From: Alkalilimnicola ehrlichii MLHE-1
Lineage (GTDB): Bacteria; Pseudomonadota; Gammaproteobacteria; Nitrococcales; Halorhodospiraceae
Reading direction: 5' to 3'
Length of the DNA: 32,000 nt
Assembly: GCF_000014785.1 (NCBI RefSeq)
Contig: NC_008340.1
Span: 2,340,001-2,372,000, forward strand
The notes below the pieces were generated by a model. The model made no database searches and was not told the origin of the DNA. It worked only from the letters and a program-made list of their open reading frames with translations. Made by a program: the position numbers and the translations under genes. Of this stretch, positions 1 to 7,045 are shown piece after piece. Numbering within the stretch: the stretch's first letter is position 1; every line of letters starts with the position of its first letter.

Positions 1-13
1 CGTTCAGCGGACC

Positions 14-41
14 GGGGCGTCCGCAGCGACCCGCCCCTTTT
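14..41 (+). terminator. Rho-independent terminator-like hairpin plus T-run, presumably ending a gene upstream of the window
   Basis: GGGGCG (14-19) pairs with CGCCCC (32-37), followed directly by TTTT (38-41). It lies upstream of the first gene. Confidence 0.4.
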
Positions 42-132
42 AGGCCGCCAGCCCGGGCAGGTCAACCGGTTGCCGGCTTCACACGCCGGCACCGGACGGG
101 CACACTGAGCAGACCAACCAGGGGGGACGCCC

Positions 133-222
133 ATGTCCGACACCAGCCCGATTGCCACCCTCACCGCCGGCCTCTCGACCCTCACGCCCGCGATGGGCAC
201 GCGCCTCGGTGTCATGGCCTGA
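133..222 (+). CDS. Speculative 29-aa small ORF (MSDTSPIATLTAGLSTLTPAMGTRLGVMA), below the ORF-track length cutoff
   Basis: ATG at 133, TGA at 220-222. GGGGGGA lies 5 nt upstream as a possible SD. 27 of 29 codons end in G/C, like the real genes here. It ends 18 nt before the next gene. No family recognised. Confidence 0.2.
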   Translation: MSDTSPIATLTAGLSTLTPAMGTRLGVMA

Positions 223-240
223 CGCGGGGCGGTCACCACC

Positions 241-1614
241 ATGGCAGCAGCGCCCAGCCCCCGTCGCCCGACCCTGAGGGCTCGCCTGCCGGGCGGCCCC
301 CTGGCGATCTGGGGCGCCATCCTGTTCCTGGGGGTGATCGCCCTCGCCGTCACCTGGCAATTCGTGGAGCCGGCCCCGCCGCGGCAGGTGACCCTGGCCA
401 CAGGGGCCCCCGGCGGTGCCTACGAACAGATCGGCGCCGGCTACGCCGAGTGGTTCGCCGACAAGGGGATCACCCTGGAGACGGTCGCCACCCAGGGGGC
501 CACGGAGAACTGGCAGCGGCTGCTGGCCGGCGAGGTGGACGCCGCCATCGTGCAGGGCGGCACCGCCCCGGCCGGGGCCGGCGACCAGCTCGAGGGGCTG
601 GTGAGTGTCGCCTACGAGCCGCTGTTCGTCTTCTACCGGGAGGACGCGCTGAATGCCGCCCACCTGCTGGGCGGCGACCCACCGGTGCCACAGCGACTGG
701 AGACCCTTTCCGGGCTGCGCATCGCCATTGGCTCCGAGGGCAGCGGCACCCGGACCCTGGTCCGGACCCTGCTCGATGAGCTGGGTCTGGCCACGGACGA
801 TGCAACCGACACCGCGTTGGTGGCTATCGGCGGCGAGGCCGCTGCGCGGGGATTGCTGGAGGGCAAACTGGGTGCGGCCGCCTTCGTCATGTCACCCACC
901 GCCCCGCTGGTACAGCGCCTGCTGGCCGCCGAAGGCATCGGGGTGCTCAATCAGGCCCAGGCCCCCACCTTCACCCAGCGGCTGCCCTACCTGGCCACCG
1001 TCACCCTGCACGAGGGGGTGGTGGACCCGCGCCGCAACCTGCCCCCGCACCGGGTTCAGATGCTGGCGCCGGCCACCTACCTGGTCACCCGCAAGGACAC
1101 CCACCGCGCCATCGCACAGCTGCTGGTGGAGGCGGAGCAGCGCAGCCGCCGCATACACCTGGTGGGCAACGGGGATCAATTCCCGTCGCTGGCCCACATG
1201 GACATCCCGGTCTCCGACCAGGCCCGCTACTTCTTCCAGCGCGGCCCCGGGTTTCTGCACCGCCACCTGCCCTTCTGGGCCGCCTCGCTGGTGGATCGCC
1301 TGGCCATTCTCATCATCCCGCTGCTGACCATCATCATCCCCTTGGTGCGCATCGCCCCGGCGGCGGTGACCTGGAGCATGCGCCGGCGGATCTTCCGTTG
1401 GTACCGCCAGTTGCGGGTGATCGACGAGGAGCTGGGCCGGCCACAGCTGCCCGTCGCCCGGCTGGAGAGCAACCTGGCCCAGTTGAAGCAACTGGACCAC
1501 GACGTGTCCGGGACGGAGGTGCCGCTGTCCTACATGGAAGAGTTTTATAACCTGCGGCTGCACATCGCCTACATGCGCCAGCGGGTCCGCGAGCGCCTCG
1601 GCAACAGCGTCTGA
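241..1614 (+). CDS. TAXI-family TRAP-type solute-binding protein homolog with N- and C-terminal membrane anchors and a cytoplasmic tail
   Basis: 457-aa ORF with ATG start. N-terminal TM segment LAIWGAILFLGVIALAVTW. TAXI-like core (TLATGAPGGAYEQIGAGYAEW...ATENWQRLLAGEVDAAIVQGG). Second TM segment LAILIIPLLTIIIPLV, then a charged helical tail of about 90 aa. Confidence 0.75.
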   Translation: MAAAPSPRRPTLRARLPGGPLAIWGAILFLGVIALAVTWQFVEPAPPRQVTLATGAPGGAYEQIGAGYAEWFADKGITLETVATQGATENWQRLLAGEVDAAIVQGGTAPAGAGDQLEGLVSVAYEPLFVFYREDALNAAHLLGGDPPVPQRLETLSGLRIAIGSEGSGTRTLVRTLLDELGLATDDATDTALVAIGGEAAARGLLEGKLGAAAFVMSPTAPLVQRLLAAEGIGVLNQAQAPTFTQRLPYLATVTLHEGVVDPRRNLPPHRVQMLAPATYLVTRKDTHRAIAQLLVEAEQRSRRIHLVGNGDQFPSLAHMDIPVSDQARYFFQRGPGFLHRHLPFWAASLVDRLAILIIPLLTIIIPLVRIAPAAVTWSMRRRIFRWYRQLRVIDEELGRPQLPVARLESNLAQLKQLDHDVSGTEVPLSYMEEFYNLRLHIAYMRQRVRERLGNSV

Positions 1615-1615
1615 A

Positions 1616-2341
1616 TCACATTCGGTCCACATCCGCAGGGCGGAGCCCCACCACCTCGGCCAGACCCGGCTCGGCTTCCCAATGGATATCCAGGTCGTAG
1701 AGGCGTACTGCGTAGCGGCGTCGGGTGTCGCGCTGATAGGCCGGGCGCGGGTCGGCGGCCAGTACCGCCTCGATCAACGCCACCAGCCCTGGGTGGCGGC
1801 GTTCGGCCATCTCCGCCTCGCTGCGCGCCGTCGCCAGCCAGCGCACCGACAGGGCCGGCTGGGGGGCCCTGCCGGCAAAGCCGCCGGTGGCGTCCGGACA
1901 GGCATCGCAATAGGGCACATAGGGCTTCACGTCGAGCAGCGGGGTGCCGTCCAGCAGATCGGGCCCCCGTACCTGAATTGAGGCGCGCGCCCCGGACAGG
2001 TCCACCGCCGCCAGTCGCACCAGACTGAGCCCCACCGGATTCGGCCGATAGGGGGCGCGGGTGGCGAACACCCCGAGGCGACGGTTGCCGCCCAAGCGCG
2101 GTGGGCGCACGGTGAGCCCGCCGCGGCCCTTGCCGGCGTGGAACCAGGTCAGCAACCAGAGATGGCTGAAGGCCTCGATGCCCTGCCAGGCCTCGGCCCG
2201 GTCGTAGGGGGGATCGAGTTCGAGATACCCGGGGATGGCGTCCAGCAGCGTGCCCTGGCGGGGAATCCCGAAGCGCTGGGTGAAGGGGGTACGCACCCGG
2301 CCGATGGGTGACAGGGGGCTCTCCGTGCATGGCTCAGTCAT
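1616..2341 (-). CDS. trmO: tRNA (N6-threonylcarbamoyladenosine(37)-N6)-methyltransferase TrmO (YaeB family)
   Basis: The translation has the YaeB/TrmO hallmarks IGRVRTPF..RFGIPRQ, FSHLWLLTWFH and DGTPLLDVKPY. I chose the ATG at 2341 (MTEPC...) because the track start at 2383 is a GTG and overlaps the upstream gene by 50 nt. Confidence 0.85.
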   Translation of the reverse strand: MTEPCTESPLSPIGRVRTPFTQRFGIPRQGTLLDAIPGYLELDPPYDRAEAWQGIEAFSHLWLLTWFHAGKGRGGLTVRPPRLGGNRRLGVFATRAPYRPNPVGLSLVRLAAVDLSGARASIQVRGPDLLDGTPLLDVKPYVPYCDACPDATGGFAGRAPQPALSVRWLATARSEAEMAERRHPGLVALIEAVLAADPRPAYQRDTRRRYAVRLYDLDIHWEAEPGLAEVVGLRPADVDRM

Positions 2342-4088
2342 CCGCGAGCCCTTGGATGCGCACCCAGTCCTGAACCGCTTCACGGGGCAGCGGCCGGGAG
2401 AAATAGTAGCCCTGCAGGCCCTGCACCCCCTCGCGCTCCAACCAGACCCGCTGGGCGTTGGTCTCCACCCCTTCGGCCACGACGTCGATACCCAGGGCGC
2501 GCGCCATCGCCAGGATGGCGCGGATCAGGGCCTCGGCCTGGGGGCTGCGCCCGACCTCCGCGATGAAGCCGGCATCGATCTTGAGCACATCCACCGGCAG
2601 GCTGTGCAACTGGGAGAGCGAGGCGTACCCACTGCCGAAGTCATCGAGCAGGATCAGGGCCCCCGCCGCCTGCAGCGCCTGGACCATCTCCCGGGCCCCC
2701 GACAGATTGCGTACCAGCGCCGTCTCGGTGATCTCGAAGCAGAGGGCATTCATGGGCACGCCGTGGGCCTGGCAGACCCTATCCATCCGCCCCACCAGGC
2801 ACGGATCGAGGAACTGATCCGCGGAAAGGTTGACCGTCACCGGCAGCCTCATGCCCTCCTGGCGCATCGCCGCCACCTCGGCGCAGATCCGCGCGAAGAT
2901 GGCCTCCCCCAGCGGCAGTATCATGTGGTGTTCCTCGGCCGCCCGGACCAGGGTGCCGGTGTCTAGGGTCTGCTGGTCGTGGCCCTGGACCCGGAGGAGG
3001 GCCTCCAGCGCCCAGGGCCGGGGCCGGCCGTCGCGCAGGCGCAGGATCGGCTGGTAGTTCATGGTGAGATAACGACCAGGGGCGTCGATGGTGCGCCAGA
3101 GTAGCCCCTTCCAGTGATCCTCCTCCAACAAGTGGTGCTCATGCTCGTAGTCAAAGGCCGCCCAGCCATTGCGGCCGCGGTCCTTGGCTTGAAACATCGC
3201 CAGATCGGCCCGCCGGATCAGGTCCTCCACCGTTTCCCCGTCCTTGGGGTAGAAGGCCACACCCACCGAGGCGGTGAGCCGGTGGCTGCGCGCGCCCACG
3301 GTAAAGGGCCGGCTCAGCGAGCGGATCAGCGCCCGCGCCACCCGGCTGGCACCGCCACGACCGCGCAACCGGCCCAGGACCACCACAAACTCGTCGCCAC
3401 CGATGCGAGAGACCATGTCCACATCGCGCACGCAGGCGAGGATACGCCGGGTGGCCTCTTTGAGCACCTGGTCCCCCTCACTGTGGCCGAACCGGTCGTT
3501 AACGGCCTTGAAGTGATCCAGATCCAGCACCAGCACCGCGATCTGATGCCCGTCGTTATCCCCCGCCCGCTGCAACTGGTTGTCGAGAAACCGTTCAAAA
3601 AACCATCGGTTGGGGAGCCCTGTCAGGGCATCGTAGTGGGCCAGGCGCTCCAGCGCGGTGCGCTGCTCCCGGACTTCACGGGCCAGCCGCGCCACCTCCT
3701 TGTCATCCCCGGTACCGGGCGGCACATGCTCCAGGGCACAGAGCAGTCGCCCGGCGCCCACATGGCGCACCGACAGATCCACACGGCAGCCCGCGGCAAG
3801 CTGCAGGCCGCAGTACCGGCGCACGCCCGCCTCCGGACGCTGGTTCGCCAGCGCACGCTGCAGACGTACGGCGTCCCCGTCCACCATCAATTGCCAGAAT
3901 GGCCGCTGCCGGAGGGGCTCCGCCGAGGCCTCGAGAAAGGCCCGGGCCTGCTCGTTCAGGGCATGGATGGTGCCCCCTTCATCGAGGATCAATTGCGCCA
4001 CCGGGGCCAGTCGGAAGGCCGGTTGGTCGGCCATCGGCGCCCCAGGCTCGGGGTCCGGCGACGATTCGGGGTTGGGTCGTTGCTCCAT
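2334..4088 (-). CDS. PAS-GGDEF-EAL domain protein (c-di-GMP cyclase/phosphodiesterase)
   Basis: 584 aa. ATG at 4088 is preceded by AAGGAG. Intact GGDEF (SRIGGDEFVVVL) and EAL-domain signatures (YQPI...LEALLRV, FEITE, DDFGSGYASL, KIDAGF). Its stop overlaps the trmO start by 8 nt. Confidence 0.9.
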   Translation of the reverse strand: MEQRPNPESSPDPEPGAPMADQPAFRLAPVAQLILDEGGTIHALNEQARAFLEASAEPLRQRPFWQLMVDGDAVRLQRALANQRPEAGVRRYCGLQLAAGCRVDLSVRHVGAGRLLCALEHVPPGTGDDKEVARLAREVREQRTALERLAHYDALTGLPNRWFFERFLDNQLQRAGDNDGHQIAVLVLDLDHFKAVNDRFGHSEGDQVLKEATRRILACVRDVDMVSRIGGDEFVVVLGRLRGRGGASRVARALIRSLSRPFTVGARSHRLTASVGVAFYPKDGETVEDLIRRADLAMFQAKDRGRNGWAAFDYEHEHHLLEEDHWKGLLWRTIDAPGRYLTMNYQPILRLRDGRPRPWALEALLRVQGHDQQTLDTGTLVRAAEEHHMILPLGEAIFARICAEVAAMRQEGMRLPVTVNLSADQFLDPCLVGRMDRVCQAHGVPMNALCFEITETALVRNLSGAREMVQALQAAGALILLDDFGSGYASLSQLHSLPVDVLKIDAGFIAEVGRSPQAEALIRAILAMARALGIDVVAEGVETNAQRVWLEREGVQGLQGYYFSRPLPREAVQDWVRIQGLADD

Positions 4089-4198
4089 CTCCGCTCCTTG
4101 GAACTAAAGGCTGTAAAGGCCACCGCGACGGGCGTACAAGCAGCTTACGACCTGGCCAACGCGGTGGCCAGGGACAGTGGCATCAGGCCGGCGTGGGA

Positions 4199-4840
4199 TC
4201 AGTCAAAGAGGGAGGCATAGGCCCGTGCCGCGGCCTCCACGTCAGGGGCCGAGAAGACGTCGGTGATCACGGCCAGGGCATCGGCCCCCGCCGCCACCAC
4301 CGGCGCGGCGTTGCGGGCCGTAATACCGCCGATGGCCACCACTGGAACACGTAACCGGGGCCGGATCCGCCGCAGCATCTCCGGGGTGGCCCGCACCGCT
4401 CCGGGCTTGGTCGGCGACGGGAAGAAGGCACCGAAGGCCACGTAGTCGGCCCCCTCGGCCTGCAGGTGCCGGGCGCGTTCCGGGTCATTGTAGCTGGAGG
4501 CCCCCACCAGGCGCTCCGGCCCAACCACGGCGCGGGCATCGGCGACCGCGCTGTCCCCCCGGCCAACGTGCACCCCATCCGCCCCGACCGCCGCCGCCAG
4601 CGCCGCGTCGTCGTTGACGATGAAGAGCACGCCATGGCGCCGGCAGAGTTCGGCCAGGGCCCCGGCCTCTTCCCGCCGGCGGGCGGCGTCAGCGCCCTTG
4701 TCCCGATACTGCACCATCGCCGCGCCACCGCGAATCGCCTGCAGCACGCGCCCGGGGAGCGCCCCGGGGGGTTGCAGGCCGGGGTCGGTGATCACGTAAA
4801 GCCCCCGGACCCGGCGGCGTCGCTCCTCGCGCTGCGGCAT
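4199..4840 (-). CDS. thiE: Thiamine-phosphate synthase
   Basis: 213 aa with ATG start. GLYVITD, FIVNDD, GVHVG, PTKPG and VVAIGGI align along the full length with my recollection of E. coli ThiE. Confidence 0.85.
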   Translation of the reverse strand: MPQREERRRRVRGLYVITDPGLQPPGALPGRVLQAIRGGAAMVQYRDKGADAARRREEAGALAELCRRHGVLFIVNDDAALAAAVGADGVHVGRGDSAVADARAVVGPERLVGASSYNDPERARHLQAEGADYVAFGAFFPSPTKPGAVRATPEMLRRIRPRLRVPVVAIGGITARNAAPVVAAGADALAVITDVFSAPDVEAAARAYASLFD

Positions 4841-4956
4841 CGCGTTTACCTGAGCATTGTTCGAGGTTAAAGTTGCAGTCGGTGGCGGATGCGCCCAACG
4901 GCCTGGCGGATCCGCATTGGTACAACGTTCTCCGACTGACTGTAAAGGGTTGACTG

Positions 4957-5127
4957 ATGGAATACCGCTCCTGGATGTGTGTGGTCTGCGGCTGGATCTA
5001 CGACGAGGAGGAGGGATTGCCCGAGGAAGGCATCAAGCCGGGCACCCGTTGGGAGGATATCCCTGATGACTTCCGTTGCCCCGAGTGCGACGCCGCCAAG
5101 TCCGATTTCGAGATGATCGAGGTGTGA
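4957..5127 (+). CDS. Rubredoxin (56 aa), not in the ORF track
   Basis: Read by hand: [56 protein letters not shown]. It has the two canonical CxxCG / CPxC iron-binding knuckles and the WxxIPDD motif. AAGGG lies upstream of the ATG and the stop is TGA at 5125-5127. Confidence 0.88.
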   Translation: MEYRSWMCVVCGWIYDEEEGLPEEGIKPGTRWEDIPDDFRCPECDAAKSDFEMIEV

Positions 5128-5141
5128 GCCGCCGGGCCGCG

Positions 5142-5159
5142 GGCCGCCGGCAGGCGGCC
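5142..5159. terminator. Hairpin between convergent rubredoxin and MFS genes (possible bidirectional terminator)
   Basis: GGCCGCC (5142-5148), loop GGCA, GGCGGCC (5153-5159). There is no T-run, so the call is weak. Confidence 0.3.
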
Positions 5160-5167
5160 ACGGCCGC

Positions 5168-6493
5168 TCAACCACCCCCCGCCTCAGCCGCACGCCGGCC
5201 CCGCTGCTCGTCCACCGGCCAACTGACCAGGAAGGCCCCGATAAACAGCAGCGCACAGAAGAGAATGGCCAGGTGCAGGCCCACCCAGGCCTGGAGCAGC
5301 CCCATCAGGAGCAGACTGAACGCCCCGGCCAGTTTCAGGGACAACCCCCAGAAGCCAAAGAACTCGGCGGCATGCCCCTGCGGCGCGAAGGCCCCGACCA
5401 GGGCACGGGTGGTGGACTGGCACGCGCCCAGGGCCGAACCGGCCAGCGTGCCCACCACCAGAAAGACGTACTGCGCCTGCCACTCCACGCCGAACAGCGC
5501 CCGTGCCGCCGCGGCCACCTGCGGCGTCGCGTAAATGCAGACCACCGCCAGCACCCACAGCGTCACCGTCACCCGGTAGGTCCGCAACCCACCCAGCCGG
5601 GTCTGAAGCAACCCGAAACCCACCGCCCCGACCGCCGCGCTGATCTGCACAATGATGAACATCAGCGTGCGTACCCCCTGATCCCAACCGATCACCTGGG
5701 CGCCGTAGATGAACGAGAAGGCGATAATGATGTACATCCCGCTCATGGCCAGGAAGGTGGAGAGCAGGAAGACCGCCAGGTCACGGTAGCCGCGCAGATT
5801 GCCGAGCGTGGCCCCGACCCGGGCAAGCCCCAGCCGGAAATACCCCTGTCCTGCCGGCAGCGGGCGCGGCCGGCCGCGTTCACGCAGAAAGAGGAAGGTG
5901 GGGATCGCCGCCACCAGGAAAAAGCCCGCCGCCCACGGGCCCACCCAGCGGATGCGGTCAAAATTCTCGGCACTCACCTCGCCCAGCACCAGCAGCACAA
6001 AGACGGCCGAGACCATCCCGCCCACATAGCCCAGCGCCCAACCGATGCCGGAAATGGCGCCCAGTTTGTCCGGCGGCCCGAGATCGGGCAGGAAACTGGC
6101 GATAAAGGCCTCGCCGATGGAATAGGCGAAGTTGGAGATAATGATCAGCAGCACCCCGAGCATGGCGTAGCCCGGCGCCACGAAGTAGAGTGCGGCGGTG
6201 GCCACCACGGTGAGCAGATAACTGCCGAACAGGAACTGCTTGCGCCGCGCGGTGTAGTCCATCACCGCCCCCGCCACCGGCGAGCAGACCACCACCAGCA
6301 GATAGCTGGTCGCCAGCGCCAGGCTCCAGAGCAGATTCCCCAGCCGGTAATCGGGCCCGTCCCCCACGATCACGCGGGTGAACAGATCCCCGAACACCAC
6401 GGTGATGATGAGCAACGTATAGGCCTGGTTGGCGAAATCGAACATCGCCCAACCAAAGATCTCCCGCTTGGGTGCCACCGCCCTCTCAGTCAT
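5168..6493 (-). CDS. MFS transporter (UMF1 / Atg22-like family)
   Basis: About 12 predicted TM segments. N-terminus MTERAVAPKREIFGWAMFDFANQAYTLLI is typical of the UMF1 family as I recall it. I chose the ATG at 6493 over the longer track start at 6550. Confidence 0.75.
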   Translation of the reverse strand: MTERAVAPKREIFGWAMFDFANQAYTLLIITVVFGDLFTRVIVGDGPDYRLGNLLWSLALATSYLLVVVCSPVAGAVMDYTARRKQFLFGSYLLTVVATAALYFVAPGYAMLGVLLIIISNFAYSIGEAFIASFLPDLGPPDKLGAISGIGWALGYVGGMVSAVFVLLVLGEVSAENFDRIRWVGPWAAGFFLVAAIPTFLFLRERGRPRPLPAGQGYFRLGLARVGATLGNLRGYRDLAVFLLSTFLAMSGMYIIIAFSFIYGAQVIGWDQGVRTLMFIIVQISAAVGAVGFGLLQTRLGGLRTYRVTVTLWVLAVVCIYATPQVAAAARALFGVEWQAQYVFLVVGTLAGSALGACQSTTRALVGAFAPQGHAAEFFGFWGLSLKLAGAFSLLLMGLLQAWVGLHLAILFCALLFIGAFLVSWPVDEQRGRRAAEAGGG

Positions 6494-6587
6494 CCATCGC
6501 TCCCCATCCTGCCCATGGCAACCGCACGAGACCGACCGACCACACGCCACAGCCCCTCACCTGCCCTGCCCCCACCACGCCGGGGTA

Positions 6588-6726
6588 TGGATCGCCGCGT
6601 CGCTCCTCGCGATGACGGGGGTGGCGCCCCCACCGTCACTGCGAGCCCCGAAGGGGCGCGGCAGTCCAGGCCTGCGTCTGGATCGCCGCGTCGCTACGCT
6701 CCTCGCGATGACCGGGTGGCGCCCCC
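6588..6726. repeat. REP/BIME-like cluster: three units of about 30-35 nt in alternating orientation
   Basis: Unit 1 (6588-6616) is TGGATCGCCGCGTCGCTCCTCGCGATGAC. Unit 2 (6635-6668) is GTCACTGCGAGCCCCGAAGGGGCGCGGCAGTCCA, in inverted orientation, with matching TGGAyyGCCGCG and CTCGCrrTGAC ends. Unit 3 (6679-6712) is a direct copy of unit 1 with a 4-5-nt insertion. The direct repeat extends through GGTGGCGCCCCC. Confidence 0.8.
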
Positions 6727-6736
6727 CGGTCCCACA

Positions 6737-6757
6737 CCCACCGAAGTCGCACACCTC
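6737..6757. repeat. 21-bp direct repeat, copy A (CCCACCGAAGTCGCACACCTC)
   Basis: Exact 21/21 match to 6892-6912, with mismatches immediately outside both ends. Confidence 0.9.
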
Positions 6758-6769
6758 GAAACCGCCTCA

Positions 6770-6891
6770 AAACTGCCGGCTGGGCGGGGTTGCCGCCAGG
6801 GGGCGTCGGCAGCCAGGGATGGCTGCCGACGAGCTTACAGGGACGTACTTGCAGCGTCCCCCTGGCGGCAACCCCGCCCAGCCGGCAGTTT
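6770..6891. repeat. Long palindromic element: 34-bp perfect inverted arms enclosing a nested 10-bp hairpin
   Basis: 6770-6803 (AAACTGCCGGCTGGGCGGGGTTGCCGCCAGGGGG) is the exact reverse complement of 6858-6891. Inside it, GTCGGCAGCC (6805-6814) pairs with GGCTGCCGAC (6821-6830) around the loop AGGGAT. Confidence 0.9.
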
Positions 6892-6912
6892 CCCACCGAA
6901 GTCGCACACCTC
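6892..6912. repeat. 21-bp direct repeat, copy B
   Basis: Identical to 6737-6757. It abuts the right palindrome arm and the microsatellite. Confidence 0.9.
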
Positions 6913-6913
6913 A

Positions 6914-6981
6914 CCAACCCCAACCCCAACCCCAACCCCAACCCCAACCCCAGCCCTAGCCCTAGCCCTAGCCCTAGCCCA
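6914..6981. repeat. Compound hexanucleotide microsatellite: (AACCCC)6 then (AGCCCT)4 plus a partial unit; the minus strand reads (GGGGTT)6
   Basis: AACCCC units at 6916-6951 and AGCCCT units at 6952-6975, followed by AGCCCA. It lies 65-130 nt upstream of the rhlB ATG. Confidence 0.95.
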
Positions 6982-7045
6982 ACTCACCCCACCACACCGG
7001 ACAAAGACGAGAAAAGCAAGCCGATTTCCGGTAACCTACGCGCCC

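Noticed and set aside
79-663. 194-aa minus-strand ORF at the window start
   Set aside because: It overlaps the TAXI-like gene antisense, is Gly/Arg/Pro-rich, and has no motifs.
4817-4831. 15-nt identity (GCGTCGCTCCTCGCG) between the start of thiE and the REP-unit core at 6597-6611
   Set aside because: It lies inside the thiE coding sequence (MPQREERRRR), lacks the flanking TGGATCGCC and GATGAC boxes, and is short enough to be chance in GC-rich DNA.
4841-4956. TPP (THI-box) riboswitch in the thiE leader
   Set aside because: I read the minus-strand leader and could not find the conserved CUGAGA / ACCUGAUCUGGAUAAUGCCAGCG-type boxes. It has only a 10-bp palindrome GCGGATCCGC and a short GGCGGAT direct repeat. 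A cmscan would settle this.
6588-6726. Possible CRISPR array, because direct repeats are separated by unique sequence
   Set aside because: There are only two direct copies. The 'spacer' contains an inverted copy of the same unit, the repeats are imperfect (a 4-5-nt indel), and no cas genes are in the window. This fits REP/BIME-type elements instead.
6914-6981. Telomere of a linear replicon, or a genuine Pro-Thr / Ala-Leu linker protein
   Set aside because: The tract is internal, flanked on both sides by ordinary chromosomal genes, and only 6+4 units long. The reading frame containing it has no plausible start, SD or flanking domains.
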